Below are positions 45,934-57,000 of a stretch of 64,000 bases of DNA, in pieces. Where the stretch lies: IMG/VR virus record IMGVR_UViG_3300047284_000202, positions 1-64,000 of that record; one strand, given 5' to 3'. The position numbers and the translations under genes are program-made. Source of the stretch: a virus. Positions within the stretch are counted from its first letter, which is position 1. Each line of letters begins with the position of its first letter. Below the pieces are notes generated by a model that saw only the letters and a list, made by a program, of their open reading frames with translations, was not told the DNA's origin and made no database searches.

Positions 45934-45948
45934 AGTAATTTATACTTA

Positions 45949-46620
45949 TTAAATATAATTCTCAGTGATACTTGTTGGAGTTAGTGGAACATCATCATAT
46001 TCATCCTTTCTCTTATCATATGCAACAAGTTTTTCAAATTCAGAAATGAATTGACCCAAGTATTGTTTCTTAAGTAGGAAGATATCTCTTTTCTTCTCAT
46101 TCTCAGAAACTAGATATTCGTAGTTTGTAACTGCTGTTCTTACAGCATTTCCAGTAAGAAGTATTCCTGTGGTTGGATGTCGATATGTAAAATCGTGATT
46201 GACAATCAGACCACCTTCTAATATCTCAATACCATTATTAGTTGTTATTTGTACAGTTTCATAATGATGAACAGAATTCAACTCATCTAAATTTTTGAAT
46301 CTCTTTTGTGCGTAGTTGTATAATTCAGATGAACTTAATGGCCATTGATCATACACATCAGTAATATTGTTGCATAGTAAGATAACCCACTCATAGGCAG
46401 CATCTCCATAATACTCGTATGCAATTTGATATGGCTTTTCACCGTCACCAATTTGGATAGGAGTGAATACTAAATATTCTTTCTGTAGATTGTTTACTAG
46501 AGCAACGTTTCTAAAGATATTTTTGGCAAGTACATATGGCTGATCAATACCCTTTGCTGGACCCATTCGGACCCAAACATCAGGTAATTGAGAAAAGTAG
46601 AAATTATTGAGAATTGCCAT
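45949..46620 (-). CDS. gp53: Baseplate wedge subunit
   Basis: KPYQIAYEYYGD...WVILLCN...QWPL; HHYET; TNYEY. Confidence 0.9.
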   Translation of the reverse strand: MAILNNFYFSQLPDVWVRMGPAKGIDQPYVLAKNIFRNVALVNNLQKEYLVFTPIQIGDGEKPYQIAYEYYGDAAYEWVILLCNNITDVYDQWPLSSSELYNYAQKRFKNLDELNSVHHYETVQITTNNGIEILEGGLIVNHDFTYRHPTTGILLTGNAVRTAVTNYEYLVSENEKKRDIFLLKKQYLGQFISEFEKLVAYDKRKDEYDDVPLTPTSITENYI

Positions 46621-46626
46621 TTGATG

Positions 46627-47757
46627 TTACTTTTGAGTTTTTTGTGCTTTTGCATTATCAATCAAAGATTGGGCAACATTTTGAGAAACGAGATTAGTTG
46701 CCTTTTTTCCACCAAAATTTGCTTTTGTTAGCATTGCTGTCTCTTTGAATTGTAGATCTATTTGAACTGCTACAACTCCATAGTCACCTTTGGATGAATT
46801 GTTGTATTCGTTATTTAGATTTTTTAGAGGTGCATATGTACCATCAGGGGTATAATTCACTGACATGCCCTCTAAGACACAAAATGTTGGTAGTTGAATT
46901 AATTTATTTAATGTATAACGATCATCTACACTTGAACTATCTCCAGAACCAATAACTCTAACTAATTCTAATTTGAAAAAGTCTGGAAGAGTCAACCAAC
47001 GTTCAGAACTTACATTCACGTCACCGTTCTTGAATTTGTCAGTTAGATTTCCTTCAAATTGCTCATCAGCACCAACTCCTGCAATTCCAGGGTGCATTGC
47101 ATATCTCAAAGATGCAATGATGTTGTTAATAGTTTCTGCATCTTTGAATGATCTAGCAATTAATTTAAAAGAAAACTGGTGAGATCTGAATTCAGTTCCT
47201 TGGTAGATTAATTCTTTGTATGGATTGAGGATAGCACCTTTGGTTAGTTGAGTTACTCCTTTAGTTGAGAGTGAACTTTCTGTTCCAATTAATTGGTTAA
47301 TACCACCAATAGCACCAGACATTGCGTTGATTGCAACTTCTGGTTTTAAACCTTTTGCAGCATCTTTTAATTCTGATGCCATGGAACCCATATCACTTCT
47401 ACCACTCATCATATTAAGGATGCCAGCACCCAACATTCCAATACTTTCAGTATTATATCCTTGCTGGAATGTTTCTGACAGTTGCTGAGGCATGTATAAA
47501 TAAATGGTGTCACCTCTGCCAATAACATTAGTTGTTCCTGCCAATACAGAATTTAAAGTTGCTCCTGTAGAGTTGTTTCCCCTATTTACGTAATTTGAAT
47601 ATGAATTGCTCTCTGAGTTTATGATTTGAATTTTTAAATAATCTCTTGGCTCGTCACTTAGTTCTGCTGTTCCCTCAATAAAGTTCCTCTGCGGATCATC
47701 TTTAAAACGAAGATCCGCAGGACTTGGATACACATATACTTGACCTGAATCTGCCAT
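46627..47757 (-). CDS. gp48: Baseplate tail-tube cap
   Basis: IYLYMP; NPYKELIYQG..FRSHQFSFKL; VNYTPDG; LQFKE. Confidence 0.85.
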   Translation of the reverse strand: MADSGQVYVYPSPADLRFKDDPQRNFIEGTAELSDEPRDYLKIQIINSESNSYSNYVNRGNNSTGATLNSVLAGTTNVIGRGDTIYLYMPQQLSETFQQGYNTESIGMLGAGILNMMSGRSDMGSMASELKDAAKGLKPEVAINAMSGAIGGINQLIGTESSLSTKGVTQLTKGAILNPYKELIYQGTEFRSHQFSFKLIARSFKDAETINNIIASLRYAMHPGIAGVGADEQFEGNLTDKFKNGDVNVSSERWLTLPDFFKLELVRVIGSGDSSSVDDRYTLNKLIQLPTFCVLEGMSVNYTPDGTYAPLKNLNNEYNNSSKGDYGVVAVQIDLQFKETAMLTKANFGGKKATNLVSQNVAQSLIDNAKAQKTQK

Positions 47758-47758
47758 T

Positions 47759-48190
47759 ATGTCCTACCGAGGAAGATATTTACCATCAAATCCCAAAAAG
47801 TACAGGGGAGATTACAATAATATTATTTATAGGAGTTTATGGGAACGAAAGTTCATGATTTACTGTGATCTGAGTGCTCACATTGTTGAGTGGGCTTCAG
47901 AAGAAATTATTATTCCCTATAGATCACCTCTAGATGGTAAAGTTCACAGATATTTTCCAGACTTTTATGTGAAAGTAAGAACTGAAAATGAAACCAAAAT
48001 TTATATCGTAGAGATTAAACCACTTAGGCAGACTAGAGAACCAAAACCACCAAAAAGGAAGACAAAGCAATATTTGAATGAGGTATTTGAGTATACTAAA
48101 AATCAAGCAAAATGGAAAGCAGCAAGAGAATGGTGTGCTGACAGAAGATATGAATTTAAAGTAATTACTGAAGTAGAATTAAAGGTATGA
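47759..48190 (+). CDS. gp4: Head completion nuclease
   Basis: YRSLWE; HRYFPDF; EIKP; NQAKWKAA. Confidence 0.93.
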   Translation: MSYRGRYLPSNPKKYRGDYNNIIYRSLWERKFMIYCDLSAHIVEWASEEIIIPYRSPLDGKVHRYFPDFYVKVRTENETKIYIVEIKPLRQTREPKPPKRKTKQYLNEVFEYTKNQAKWKAAREWCADRRYEFKVITEVELKV

Positions 48191-48657
48191 CACTATATCA
48201 AGAGATCAAAAAAGAAATGAAGGGTTTTGGTAAAACAAATACTTGGTATCGTGACTGGTTATTTGGCAAAGTTAGTGGACATTATACTCAAAAACCAAAA
48301 CCAGGGCAGATGCTCTTTTTCTCATACTTTGCAACTACTTTAAAAGTACCATATTTTGATAAGTATCCCTTAGTTATGGTATCTGAGATCGGAGAAGATT
48401 ACTTTGCTGGTGGAAATCTTCATTATATGGAACCGACACTAAGAACTTCTATTGGCAAATCATTTAAAAATGGTGGAATGTCATATCCACTTAAGATGCA
48501 TCATAAATACTTAAAGATAAATGCTAATTCCCCCTTATTTGTTATTGATGAAGTAGAATGGGCTGATATTGGTCTCATTCCAGTAGAAGAATTTGTTAAA
48601 TTTGTTGATGGGAGAACAGTGAAAATTCCATCATCAAAGGTTTGGAACGACTCATGA
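48187..48657 (+). CDS. gp2: DNA end protector-like protein
   Basis: YFDKYPLV...GGNLHY. Confidence 0.75.
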   Translation: MTLYQEIKKEMKGFGKTNTWYRDWLFGKVSGHYTQKPKPGQMLFFSYFATTLKVPYFDKYPLVMVSEIGEDYFAGGNLHYMEPTLRTSIGKSFKNGGMSYPLKMHHKYLKINANSPLFVIDEVEWADIGLIPVEEFVKFVDGRTVKIPSSKVWNDS

Positions 48658-49397
48658 GTTTTAACAATTTTGAAAATTTTAGACAGAGAATTACTGGGGA
48701 GGCAACATGGAATCCTGCCACCAGTAATTTGTATGGGGTTAGTATATCGAAACCAAAAGTTGCTCAACAAAAGTATCTGGGAACAATCACTCAAAGAGAG
48801 TGGGATGATAGAATAAATCTACTTGCTGATGAGGTTACGGTTCCAAGCAGACAGTTGACGACTGGTGAAGGAAGAACCTTCGGTGCAATGTATAGGTATA
48901 CAACTGGAACAACCTTCAGTGAAATTACGATCAGTTTTCTATTGACAAAGGATTTATCTATTCGTCTGTGGTTTGAGAGATGGATGAATTTCACTCAGTC
49001 AGACTCTTCTAATTTCGTTCTACCTCACGAAGATTATACAGCACAATTGAGAATATCTAAGTGGGAAGCAGGATCTAATATCGTAGTGCAACAAAAGAAT
49101 ACTGAAGGTAAAGTCATAGGTCAGAAGAGACTGAGAACATGTACTGGTAATTGGATTGTTCAGAATGCATTCCCATTCAATATTAGTACCATGACATTTA
49201 ATAATGCAGAAACAACTCTACTGAAGTGTGATGTTTCTTTTTATTATGATAGATATAGATTTGATAATGCTGGAAATGCTTCTAGTGGATTAGCAGGTGG
49301 TACAACATATATTGATAACTCAAACAATGCACTATCTGACTACATTTCTACAGTTAGAAGTAGAGGTGATGTATTTGGAAGTGTTGAGTATGAGTGA
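48654..49397 (+). CDS. Tail tube / tube-initiator-like protein (gp19/gp54 family)
   Basis: VTVPSRQL; IRLWFERW; NAFP; VSFYY. Confidence 0.75.
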   Translation: MSFNNFENFRQRITGEATWNPATSNLYGVSISKPKVAQQKYLGTITQREWDDRINLLADEVTVPSRQLTTGEGRTFGAMYRYTTGTTFSEITISFLLTKDLSIRLWFERWMNFTQSDSSNFVLPHEDYTAQLRISKWEAGSNIVVQQKNTEGKVIGQKRLRTCTGNWIVQNAFPFNISTMTFNNAETTLLKCDVSFYYDRYRFDNAGNASSGLAGGTTYIDNSNNALSDYISTVRSRGDVFGSVEYE

Positions 49398-49430
49398 TAA
49401 ATAAAAATATGAATTAGTAGTTGAGTAATT

Positions 49431-50147
49431 ATGCCTTTACCTAAATTATCTGTTCCTGAGTATGAGTTGGAACTCCCTACAACAAAGGAGAAAGTAAAAT
49501 ATAGACCATTTCTCGTTCGTGAAGAGAAGATTCTATTCATGGCAATGGAATCTCAAGATGAAAAGGAAATGGTCAATGCAGTAAAAACTATTATTAAAAA
49601 TTGTACGAATGTAAAAAGAAAGGTTGAGGAACTTGCAACTTTTGAAATTGAATATCTCTTCCTGAAAATTCGTGCTAAGTCTGTGGGTGAGGGTAGTAAT
49701 TTTATGGTTACCTGCCCAGATGATGGTGAAACTCAAGTCGAAGTTAAGATCAATCTAGATGAAATTGAACTTGAGATGGATGATAATCATAGTAGAAAAA
49801 TCATGCTAGATGATTCTGTGGGTGTGATGATGAAGTATCCTTCTCTAGATACCTTCGTCAAACTAAATCTTTCTACAGAAGATACTCCATCAATGGATAA
49901 CATGTTTGAACTTGCTGCAGGTAGCATTGAGCAAATTTTCTCTGGAGATGAAGTTTGGGAAGCAAAGGGAACACCAAAGAAGGAAATCTTGGATTTCTTG
50001 GAGGGCATGAATAATGAACAATTCCAACTAATTCAATCTTTCTTTGAAACCATGCCAAAACTCAAGAAAGTTATTAATGTGAAGAATCCAAATACTGGAG
50101 TTGTATCTGAAGTTGTGCTTGAGGGATTAGCATCTTTTTTCGCATAG
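49431..50147 (+). CDS. gp26: Baseplate hub assembly protein
   Basis: MPLPKL..PEYEL; RPFLVREEKIL; FLKIRAKSVGE; LEGLASFF. Confidence 0.92.
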   Translation: MPLPKLSVPEYELELPTTKEKVKYRPFLVREEKILFMAMESQDEKEMVNAVKTIIKNCTNVKRKVEELATFEIEYLFLKIRAKSVGEGSNFMVTCPDDGETQVEVKINLDEIELEMDDNHSRKIMLDDSVGVMMKYPSLDTFVKLNLSTEDTPSMDNMFELAAGSIEQIFSGDEVWEAKGTPKKEILDFLEGMNNEQFQLIQSFFETMPKLKKVINVKNPNTGVVSEVVLEGLASFFA

Positions 50148-50152
50148 CACTG

Positions 50153-50344
50153 TTGCATGATAATCTTGGAAACTATTACAAGACTAATTTCGCACTCATG
50201 CAGCACCACAAATATAGTCTGACTGAATTGGAGGATATGATACCTTGGGAAAGGGATATCTACGTTAGAATGCTTATGAAATGGTTAAAAGAAGAAGAAC
50301 AACGTCAGAGATCTGCACAAGCACAAGGTAAAGTTAGTCTCTAA
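50153..50344 (+). CDS. gp51: Baseplate hub assembly catalyst (possibly a -1 frameshift extension of gp26)
   Basis: YYKTNFALMQHHKYSLTELEDMIPWERDIY; no clear RBS or strong start. Confidence 0.8.
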   Translation: MHDNLGNYYKTNFALMQHHKYSLTELEDMIPWERDIYVRMLMKWLKEEEQRQRSAQAQGKVSL

Positions 50345-53300
50345 TGGCACAGATTAAAGTTAGGTCATTCGTAAAGGTAAATCCCACTACTAAAGCTAGT
50401 AGTGGGATTGCTGCGTCTTATGCAGCAACTATAAAAGGTATCAATAGAATGGGAGGGGCAGTAGAATCCCTCGGTAAAAATTTAGAAACGGTAGATAAGT
50501 TATTTAAATTTAGAAATGAATTCTTGATTCAATCGCAGGCAAAACGAATCAAGTTAGAAGATAGGTTAAGTGCAGCAGATGCAAGAGATGAAAAACTATC
50601 TGAGCAGAAACAGAAACGTTGGTGGAGACGTTTCTTAGATCAAAAAGCAGAAGATGCTAGTGAGAAAGCAGTTAAGGATCCTGAAAAGGTAATTGATAAG
50701 AAGGCAGATATAATCAAAAAAGCATTATCACCACTTGAGAAGTTCTTCAAGGTCTTCAATGGTGTGTTGGAACCAATCATGAGAATGTTTGTTCTCATGC
50801 CAATTCTCAATTGGATCACAGGGCAGGATACTGGAAAGTTAGCAAAAACAATAGGTAATGTAATAACCATTGTTAGTTTTGTTCGAAAACTTGTTGGATT
50901 TGGTGTAGGTACATTATTAGATGGACTATCAAATCTATTTGGTGGTTTTGATAGAATTAAGCATGGAAATGTTGCTGGTGTACTGCAGGGATTTGTTGGT
51001 GCATTACAATTAGTCAGTGGTGTTGCTTTAGTTAAGGCAGCACAGTATATCTTCATGCCTTGGAAACTCATTGGTGATGTTAAGTGGGTAACCAGTCTGT
51101 TCACCGAATGGGGTAAGATTACTGGTGAGGCACAAGGTGCCGCAATGAATAAAGACATTGCTGGGTATGTTGATAAGAATGGTAATGTAATCTCTAAGGA
51201 AGATTTTGAGAAAGCAAAAGCAAAAGCACGAAAGCATGATGAAAAGGTTGCCAAAAGGCAAGGTAAGGGATGGGCATACAGTGGTGGTCAAGATTACCTA
51301 GGTGATAGGTATCGTGCACAATATGGTGGACGTAAGAAAGGATTCCTAGCACGAAATGCTCAACGTGGTAGAATTGCATTTAAACGTGGAACTAGAGGAA
51401 TTCGTGGTCAATTTAAAATGGCTGGGAATTGGATGGCAGCCAATCCAACAAAGGGTAATGCTATTTTCTCAGTTGTAGGTGGTGTAACTAGAGCAGCTAC
51501 TGGTTTAATGTCTGGTGAAGGTGGTGCAGCAGTTGGTGCTGGAGTTGGACAGGCTGCAGGTGGCATTGCTGGTTTTGCTCTTGGTAATATGCTTCTTCCT
51601 GGTATTGGAGGAATCATTGGTTCTGCTTTAGGATCATTCTTAGGTGAATGGGTTGGGACCAAATTGGGTCCAATGATTGAACCAATTATCAAACCAATTG
51701 GTAATGCATTTAAACTTGGATTTGATATTATTTCTCCTGCTGTTGGGTTTATTGCTGGTGAAGCAGGAGAGATGTTCTCTGCATTATTTGATGGTCTCGG
51801 TGCTCTATTCCAACTTTCAGGGTATATTGCTAAAGTTGGAATGGATGTGCTCAAATTTGCTTGGGAAAGTTCATTAATCAAAAAGGCAGTTGATGGATTG
51901 GTTTGGATTTGGAAAAATAAAGATAATATTGGTGGTGCAGTAAGAGATGTTTTAGCTACTGGTGCTAAGGGACTTGCTGATAGTTTGACCTTTAACGTAT
52001 TTGATTTTGATAGACAAAATAAGAAAGCAATTGGTGGTCCTGTTCCAATAATGGCAGCAGGTGGTGTTCTGGAAACAGATAGTCCAGAAGTGATGGGATT
52101 GAAGTATGCTGGATCTGCTATCATTGCAACTACTTCTTCTACACTGGACAGACTTGGTATTGTTGGTAATATTGTCAAGTCTGCAATTGCACCTCAAGTT
52201 AGTTTTTATGGTAATTTATTTGGTGTGAGTAAGGTTGCAATTTCTGGTGACAGAATGCAATCTCAGATCAATAAACCTTCTGCAGACCTAAACGTTGGAA
52301 GTCAAAGTGCTCCATCATCAGATAACAGTGCTGCGAGAAAATTAATTGGTGAAGGATCTGTAAATATTCTTACGGCACAACCAGATAAATTTAGTCCAAT
52401 AAATCAAAAAACCACCAGAGGATTACTTGCTGACATTTATAATGCTTTTGTGTCTGCACGTTTTGGTGGAGGTGGTGGAACTACCAACAATCCTGCTGTT
52501 CCAGGTACAGATGCCGCATTAACTGCAGCAGATTTAAAAGCAATTCAGGCATCTTCTGCAGATAAGAGGGCAGCAGCACACCTAGCAACTTTGGAAGCTA
52601 GTGCACCTCAACATGTTGCTGATGTTTATCAGGTAATTTTAAACAGAGCAGCAAAACAATCTGGTGGTATTCCAGCAGTTATTACGGCAAGAGAGCAGTT
52701 CTCCCCATATTCTGCGGCATTATATGGTTCCAGTGCTGATGGTGCTGCAGCATCTAAGTATGGGTCATTGAAGTTAACTAAGAAGGAACTGTTTGAACTT
52801 GCTGCTAAACCAGATGGAATACAGCAATTAACAAAGAGATTCCAAGCAGGCAATCCCAGTGTTGCTGCAAAAGTTCTTGCTGACTTTGAAATGAATGGTC
52901 CACTATCACAATCTGCTAAGAAATTTGTTGGTGGTGCTCAATATTTTATGGGGTACAAAGTTACTGCTGTTGATAGAAGAAGACCAGATGGTGGAAACTG
53001 GATTCGTGATAAGTATGCAGTTGGTGGTGTTTACAAGTATGATAATTTGATGGATTATTATGGAAGCAGAGGTAAAACTGGGCAGCAACTGAAGAAAGCA
53101 TATATGATACAGGACATTGAAGGTACAGAACTAAAAAGAAAATTTGCTGCTGGTGGTGTTTATAATTACAATTTAATACCAGCACAGGCATATGGTGCTT
53201 CTAGAGATGGTGGTCGTAGACAACATGCTGGACAGGATTTAGATATTTCTGGTAATGAAGCAGTACAAACATTTGGTGGTGGAGTTGTTGTTGGTGTATA

Positions 53301-53997
53301 TCACCAAAGTGGTGGTTATGGCAAATATATTGATATCTGGAATGATAAATTAAAAGTTGTAGAAAGAATTGCAGAACTAAGTAGTTTCAGTGTCAAGAAA
53401 GGTGATACTCTACAACCAGGTCAAATTGTAGGTAGAGGTGAGACGGACACTGGAGTTGCTCACATTGAAGTTCGTCCAATGAGTTCATATGCAGAAAAAT
53501 ATGGATTCAGTGGAACCAGAAATCCATTAGCATTTTGGAAGTCTGTGGGAGCTGCTGTTGATGTTGGTGGTAATAAAATCAAACTTACATCAAAGGTAAC
53601 TGGATCTGCAGATTTTGTCCCTTCCGATATTGCTGGTGGTGGAACTGGTGGTAAATCACTATTAGAGGGTGGTGGGGGAGTATCTGATCCATTTATTGGT
53701 GCACAACAAGATTTAGATAAAGCACTGAAATTGTGGGCAGAAGCATTTGGTGGATCTACTGCAAGTACGTCCAATTCTCTATCACCAAAGGCATCACCTT
53801 CTGTAAGTGCAGCTCCAGTGTCAACATCAACTTCATCTACAGTTCAGAGAGGTTCTGAACAACATGTATCTAGAGAAGCAACTAAACCAGGTGTGGCTGC
53901 TGTTGTTCCAGTTCCATTAGTTGCACAGGTAGGATCACCACAACCACTACCTACATTTGTTAAGAGTACAGCACTTCCAAAGGCAACAGTTAACTAA
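50344..53997 (+). CDS. Tape-measure-like protein with cell-wall hydrolase and M23 peptidase domains
   Basis: Helical/Gly-rich N-half; LEA...VILNR...QFS hydrolase motif; HAGQD...HIE M23 motif. Confidence 0.8.
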   Translation: MAQIKVRSFVKVNPTTKASSGIAASYAATIKGINRMGGAVESLGKNLETVDKLFKFRNEFLIQSQAKRIKLEDRLSAADARDEKLSEQKQKRWWRRFLDQKAEDASEKAVKDPEKVIDKKADIIKKALSPLEKFFKVFNGVLEPIMRMFVLMPILNWITGQDTGKLAKTIGNVITIVSFVRKLVGFGVGTLLDGLSNLFGGFDRIKHGNVAGVLQGFVGALQLVSGVALVKAAQYIFMPWKLIGDVKWVTSLFTEWGKITGEAQGAAMNKDIAGYVDKNGNVISKEDFEKAKAKARKHDEKVAKRQGKGWAYSGGQDYLGDRYRAQYGGRKKGFLARNAQRGRIAFKRGTRGIRGQFKMAGNWMAANPTKGNAIFSVVGGVTRAATGLMSGEGGAAVGAGVGQAAGGIAGFALGNMLLPGIGGIIGSALGSFLGEWVGTKLGPMIEPIIKPIGNAFKLGFDIISPAVGFIAGEAGEMFSALFDGLGALFQLSGYIAKVGMDVLKFAWESSLIKKAVDGLVWIWKNKDNIGGAVRDVLATGAKGLADSLTFNVFDFDRQNKKAIGGPVPIMAAGGVLETDSPEVMGLKYAGSAIIATTSSTLDRLGIVGNIVKSAIAPQVSFYGNLFGVSKVAISGDRMQSQINKPSADLNVGSQSAPSSDNSAARKLIGEGSVNILTAQPDKFSPINQKTTRGLLADIYNAFVSARFGGGGGTTNNPAVPGTDAALTAADLKAIQASSADKRAAAHLATLEASAPQHVADVYQVILNRAAKQSGGIPAVITAREQFSPYSAALYGSSADGAAASKYGSLKLTKKELFELAAKPDGIQQLTKRFQAGNPSVAAKVLADFEMNGPLSQSAKKFVGGAQYFMGYKVTAVDRRRPDGGNWIRDKYAVGGVYKYDNLMDYYGSRGKTGQQLKKAYMIQDIEGTELKRKFAAGGVYNYNLIPAQAYGASRDGGRRQHAGQDLDISGNEAVQTFGGGVVVGVYHQSGGYGKYIDIWNDKLKVVERIAELSSFSVKKGDTLQPGQIVGRGETDTGVAHIEVRPMSSYAEKYGFSGTRNPLAFWKSVGAAVDVGGNKIKLTSKVTGSADFVPSDIAGGGTGGKSLLEGGGGVSDPFIGAQQDLDKALKLWAEAFGGSTASTSNSLSPKASPSVSAAPVSTSTSSTVQRGSEQHVSREATKPGVAAVVPVPLVAQVGSPQPLPTFVKSTALPKATVN

Positions 53998-54024
53998 TAA
54001 ATACTTACGGAAAGGGGAATCTAA

Positions 54025-57000
54025 ATGGCAACACCCACAGATAGACCAGCAAAACCTAAACTTTATAAGATGGTTTCTGTACCAAAGGTAACTGGTGGTG
54101 CTACTATTAAAGTTGGTGGTAGCACCATTACTGGTGGTGGTGCATCAATGACTGGAATCATCAAGGCAATGAATAGTCTTGGTGCAACTGTTAATAGTGT
54201 TGCTATTATTACGGAGTCTATTGCTAAGCAAACTCAAAGAACAATTGCTACTGAAATTAGACAGCAGAGTGAACTAATTCGTAGGCAAGAAAGACTCAGA
54301 AAAGTAAAAGCAAAAACTGACAAAGATAAGGAAGACAGAAAGAGAAAAGAAGCACAAAGACAGAGGGATGCAGAATCCGAAAAGAAATCTGAAGCAGGTG
54401 GTAAATTCTTAGTTAAGTTCACTAAATTTGCAACTGCAGCAGCAGGAGGATTCTTTCAAGGATTGGCAACATTACTTGGTGGTATTTTCAAGGCATTTGT
54501 AGTAACTGCTGTACTTGATTGGATTAGTAAACCAGGAAATACTGATAAGGTTGCTAACATCATTAAAGGTATTGTTGGTATCTTTAAGGTTTTCCAGAGA
54601 CTATTATCTTTTGGTGTAAGTAGTGCTTTAGAGGGACTTGCAAAATTAATTGAGAATCCAATATCATTCAAGGGATTATTTGGTGCAGTACAATTTATTG
54701 TAGGTGCTGCTATATTAATGAAGGGAATGAAGTGGATGATGAATCCAGCTTCCCTAGCAAAAGATTTTGTTTCGGTTCTATCCTTTGTTGCTAAGGGCAT
54801 CATTAACCTGAAGAAAGGTGTTGGTGTATATGGTGCCATAAAGAAACTTGCCTCCACCAGAGCAGGCAAATATGCCATGGCAGGTGCCGTGGGAGTCGGT
54901 GCTGGGATGGGTTCTGCCCTGCTGGGTGGCACTAAGGAGGAAGCAATCGGCACGGGTCTCGGTGCTGCAGCAGGCACCATCGGTGGGGAGATGCTCGGCA
55001 CTGCGTTGGGTGGTGAGGCTGGTGGAAAGGTTGGAGCAGCTGCTGGAGGTCTCCTAGGGGGTCTTGTGGGTGGTCCTGTGGGCAAAGCACTCAAGCCAGT
55101 TACGGATGCCATCGGTAAATTCTTCGGATTGATTGGTCAGATTCTGAAACCAGTATTTGATTTTGTAATGAATATTGGTAAAGAATTCTTCAGTGCAATT
55201 GGTGATCTAATTCAATCTGTTGTCAATTTACTTGAACCACACAAGGAAACTCTATCTTGGATTGCAAAGGGATCTCTCTTTGTTGCATTCATGCCTTTGA
55301 TCATGTTGATGAAGGGCATAACAAGTTTAATTAGATTATTCGTACCAAAAGGTTCTGCAGATAAGGGAAGAAGTGATACTACAAAAAGAGCAATAGGTGG
55401 TCCAGTTGTTGTGCCTAAGATGGCAACAGGTGGAATGATTGGAAATACTGTCATGGCAAATCCAATCACCCAACAGTTACAGCAAGCACTTTCAAATGCA
55501 ATCCTATTACCATTCAAAGCAGTTGGTATTGGATTAATTTCTGCTATGAGTATGGTCGGTAGTGTCTTTGGTGCTTTCCTACCAGGACCAATGCAAATGC
55601 TCTTAGGATCAGTATTGGCACCTATTGCATCTATGTTTGGTGTTCCTAATTCAGTCTTTAAGAAGGTTGCTGGATTTGCACTGAAAGGAATTAAGAATGC
55701 AGGACAAGCTGTAGTTGGATTTGCCAATACTGCTTCTGATGCATTATCTGATCTTTTTGATGCTTCTAGAGGTGATAGTGTTAATGGATTATTATCTAAG
55801 ATTCTTGATGCTGTTATGAAGATGGGTGGTCATACCACTCCACAAGCATCTATTGGTGGTGTAATTCCCCAAGCAGCTGCAGGTGGTTGGATTAACGGTC
55901 CTATGTCTGGTTATCCAGTATCATTGGATGGTGGAAGATCAACTGCATTTATTGGTCACGGTAGAGAATGGGTAGGATTTAAAGGTCGTGCTGCTGGTGG
56001 TGGTGCAGGATCTGCTTTTGTCATCCCATTTAATACACCAGCAACTGTCAGAACACCTAGTTTGACTTCATTGAGAATGAGTCAGGCACGTGCTGGTGGA
56101 TATGCATTACCTAGATCTATCGGTGGTGTTGTTCCACAATTTGCAACTGGTGGGGAGTTTGATCCAGCAAAATATAGAGAAGGAATTAAATCTAGTGATA
56201 GAGTTAAGATTCGTTCTCTAGATAAATCATATGTTTTTGGATATACTGTTGGTGAAGATGCACAAGTAAATATCAAACAACTCAACAAGTATACTGGTGG
56301 ATTCCTATCAAATGATCTAGTCGGAGTACAACCAGGATCACCAGAATGGAAAAAGGTAGTTAATTCTACAGATGCAATTGATTGGTTTAAATCACATTCT
56401 GTACCTGCGATCAAGTCAAGTCAAGTCAAGATTAAAGTAGATCCTCAGGCAGATCTTGGATACTGGTATAATCAAGCATATCAGACACATTATAATGATT
56501 GGAAGAAAAAGGGACTCTCCCATAGTGAAGCATCTGCTCTAGCATCTAAAGCAGCAAAGGAATTTGCTATTTCTAAAAAGGCTGGTTCATTGTTACCAGG
56601 AGCAAAGGGTGGATCTGCACCTGCTGATCTTAAGAATGTTGAAGTTGCTTCAGGTGGTCCTGCATCTGGTGATGCATTATCATCAAAAACAGAATCTGAT
56701 CCATTTGCATCGGCACAAACAACTTTAGATGAAGCACTTAAGAAATGGCAGGAAGCATTTGGTCCTAAAACTGGAGACCAATTAGATAAGCAATCTCAGG
56801 ACACCAAGAGTGCTCAGGAGAGAGCACAAATGGATGCAACTCAAGCAGCTGCAAATAAACTATCAGCAACTGCGACTGCAACTGCTGCTAATGTTGCTAA
56901 TGCAAAACCACAAGCAGCAGGGGCAATTCCATTAAATAGTACTGGTGAAAGACCTTCTTCTGATATTAATCCATTCTTAAGGTCTCAATTTGGTGTTGTT

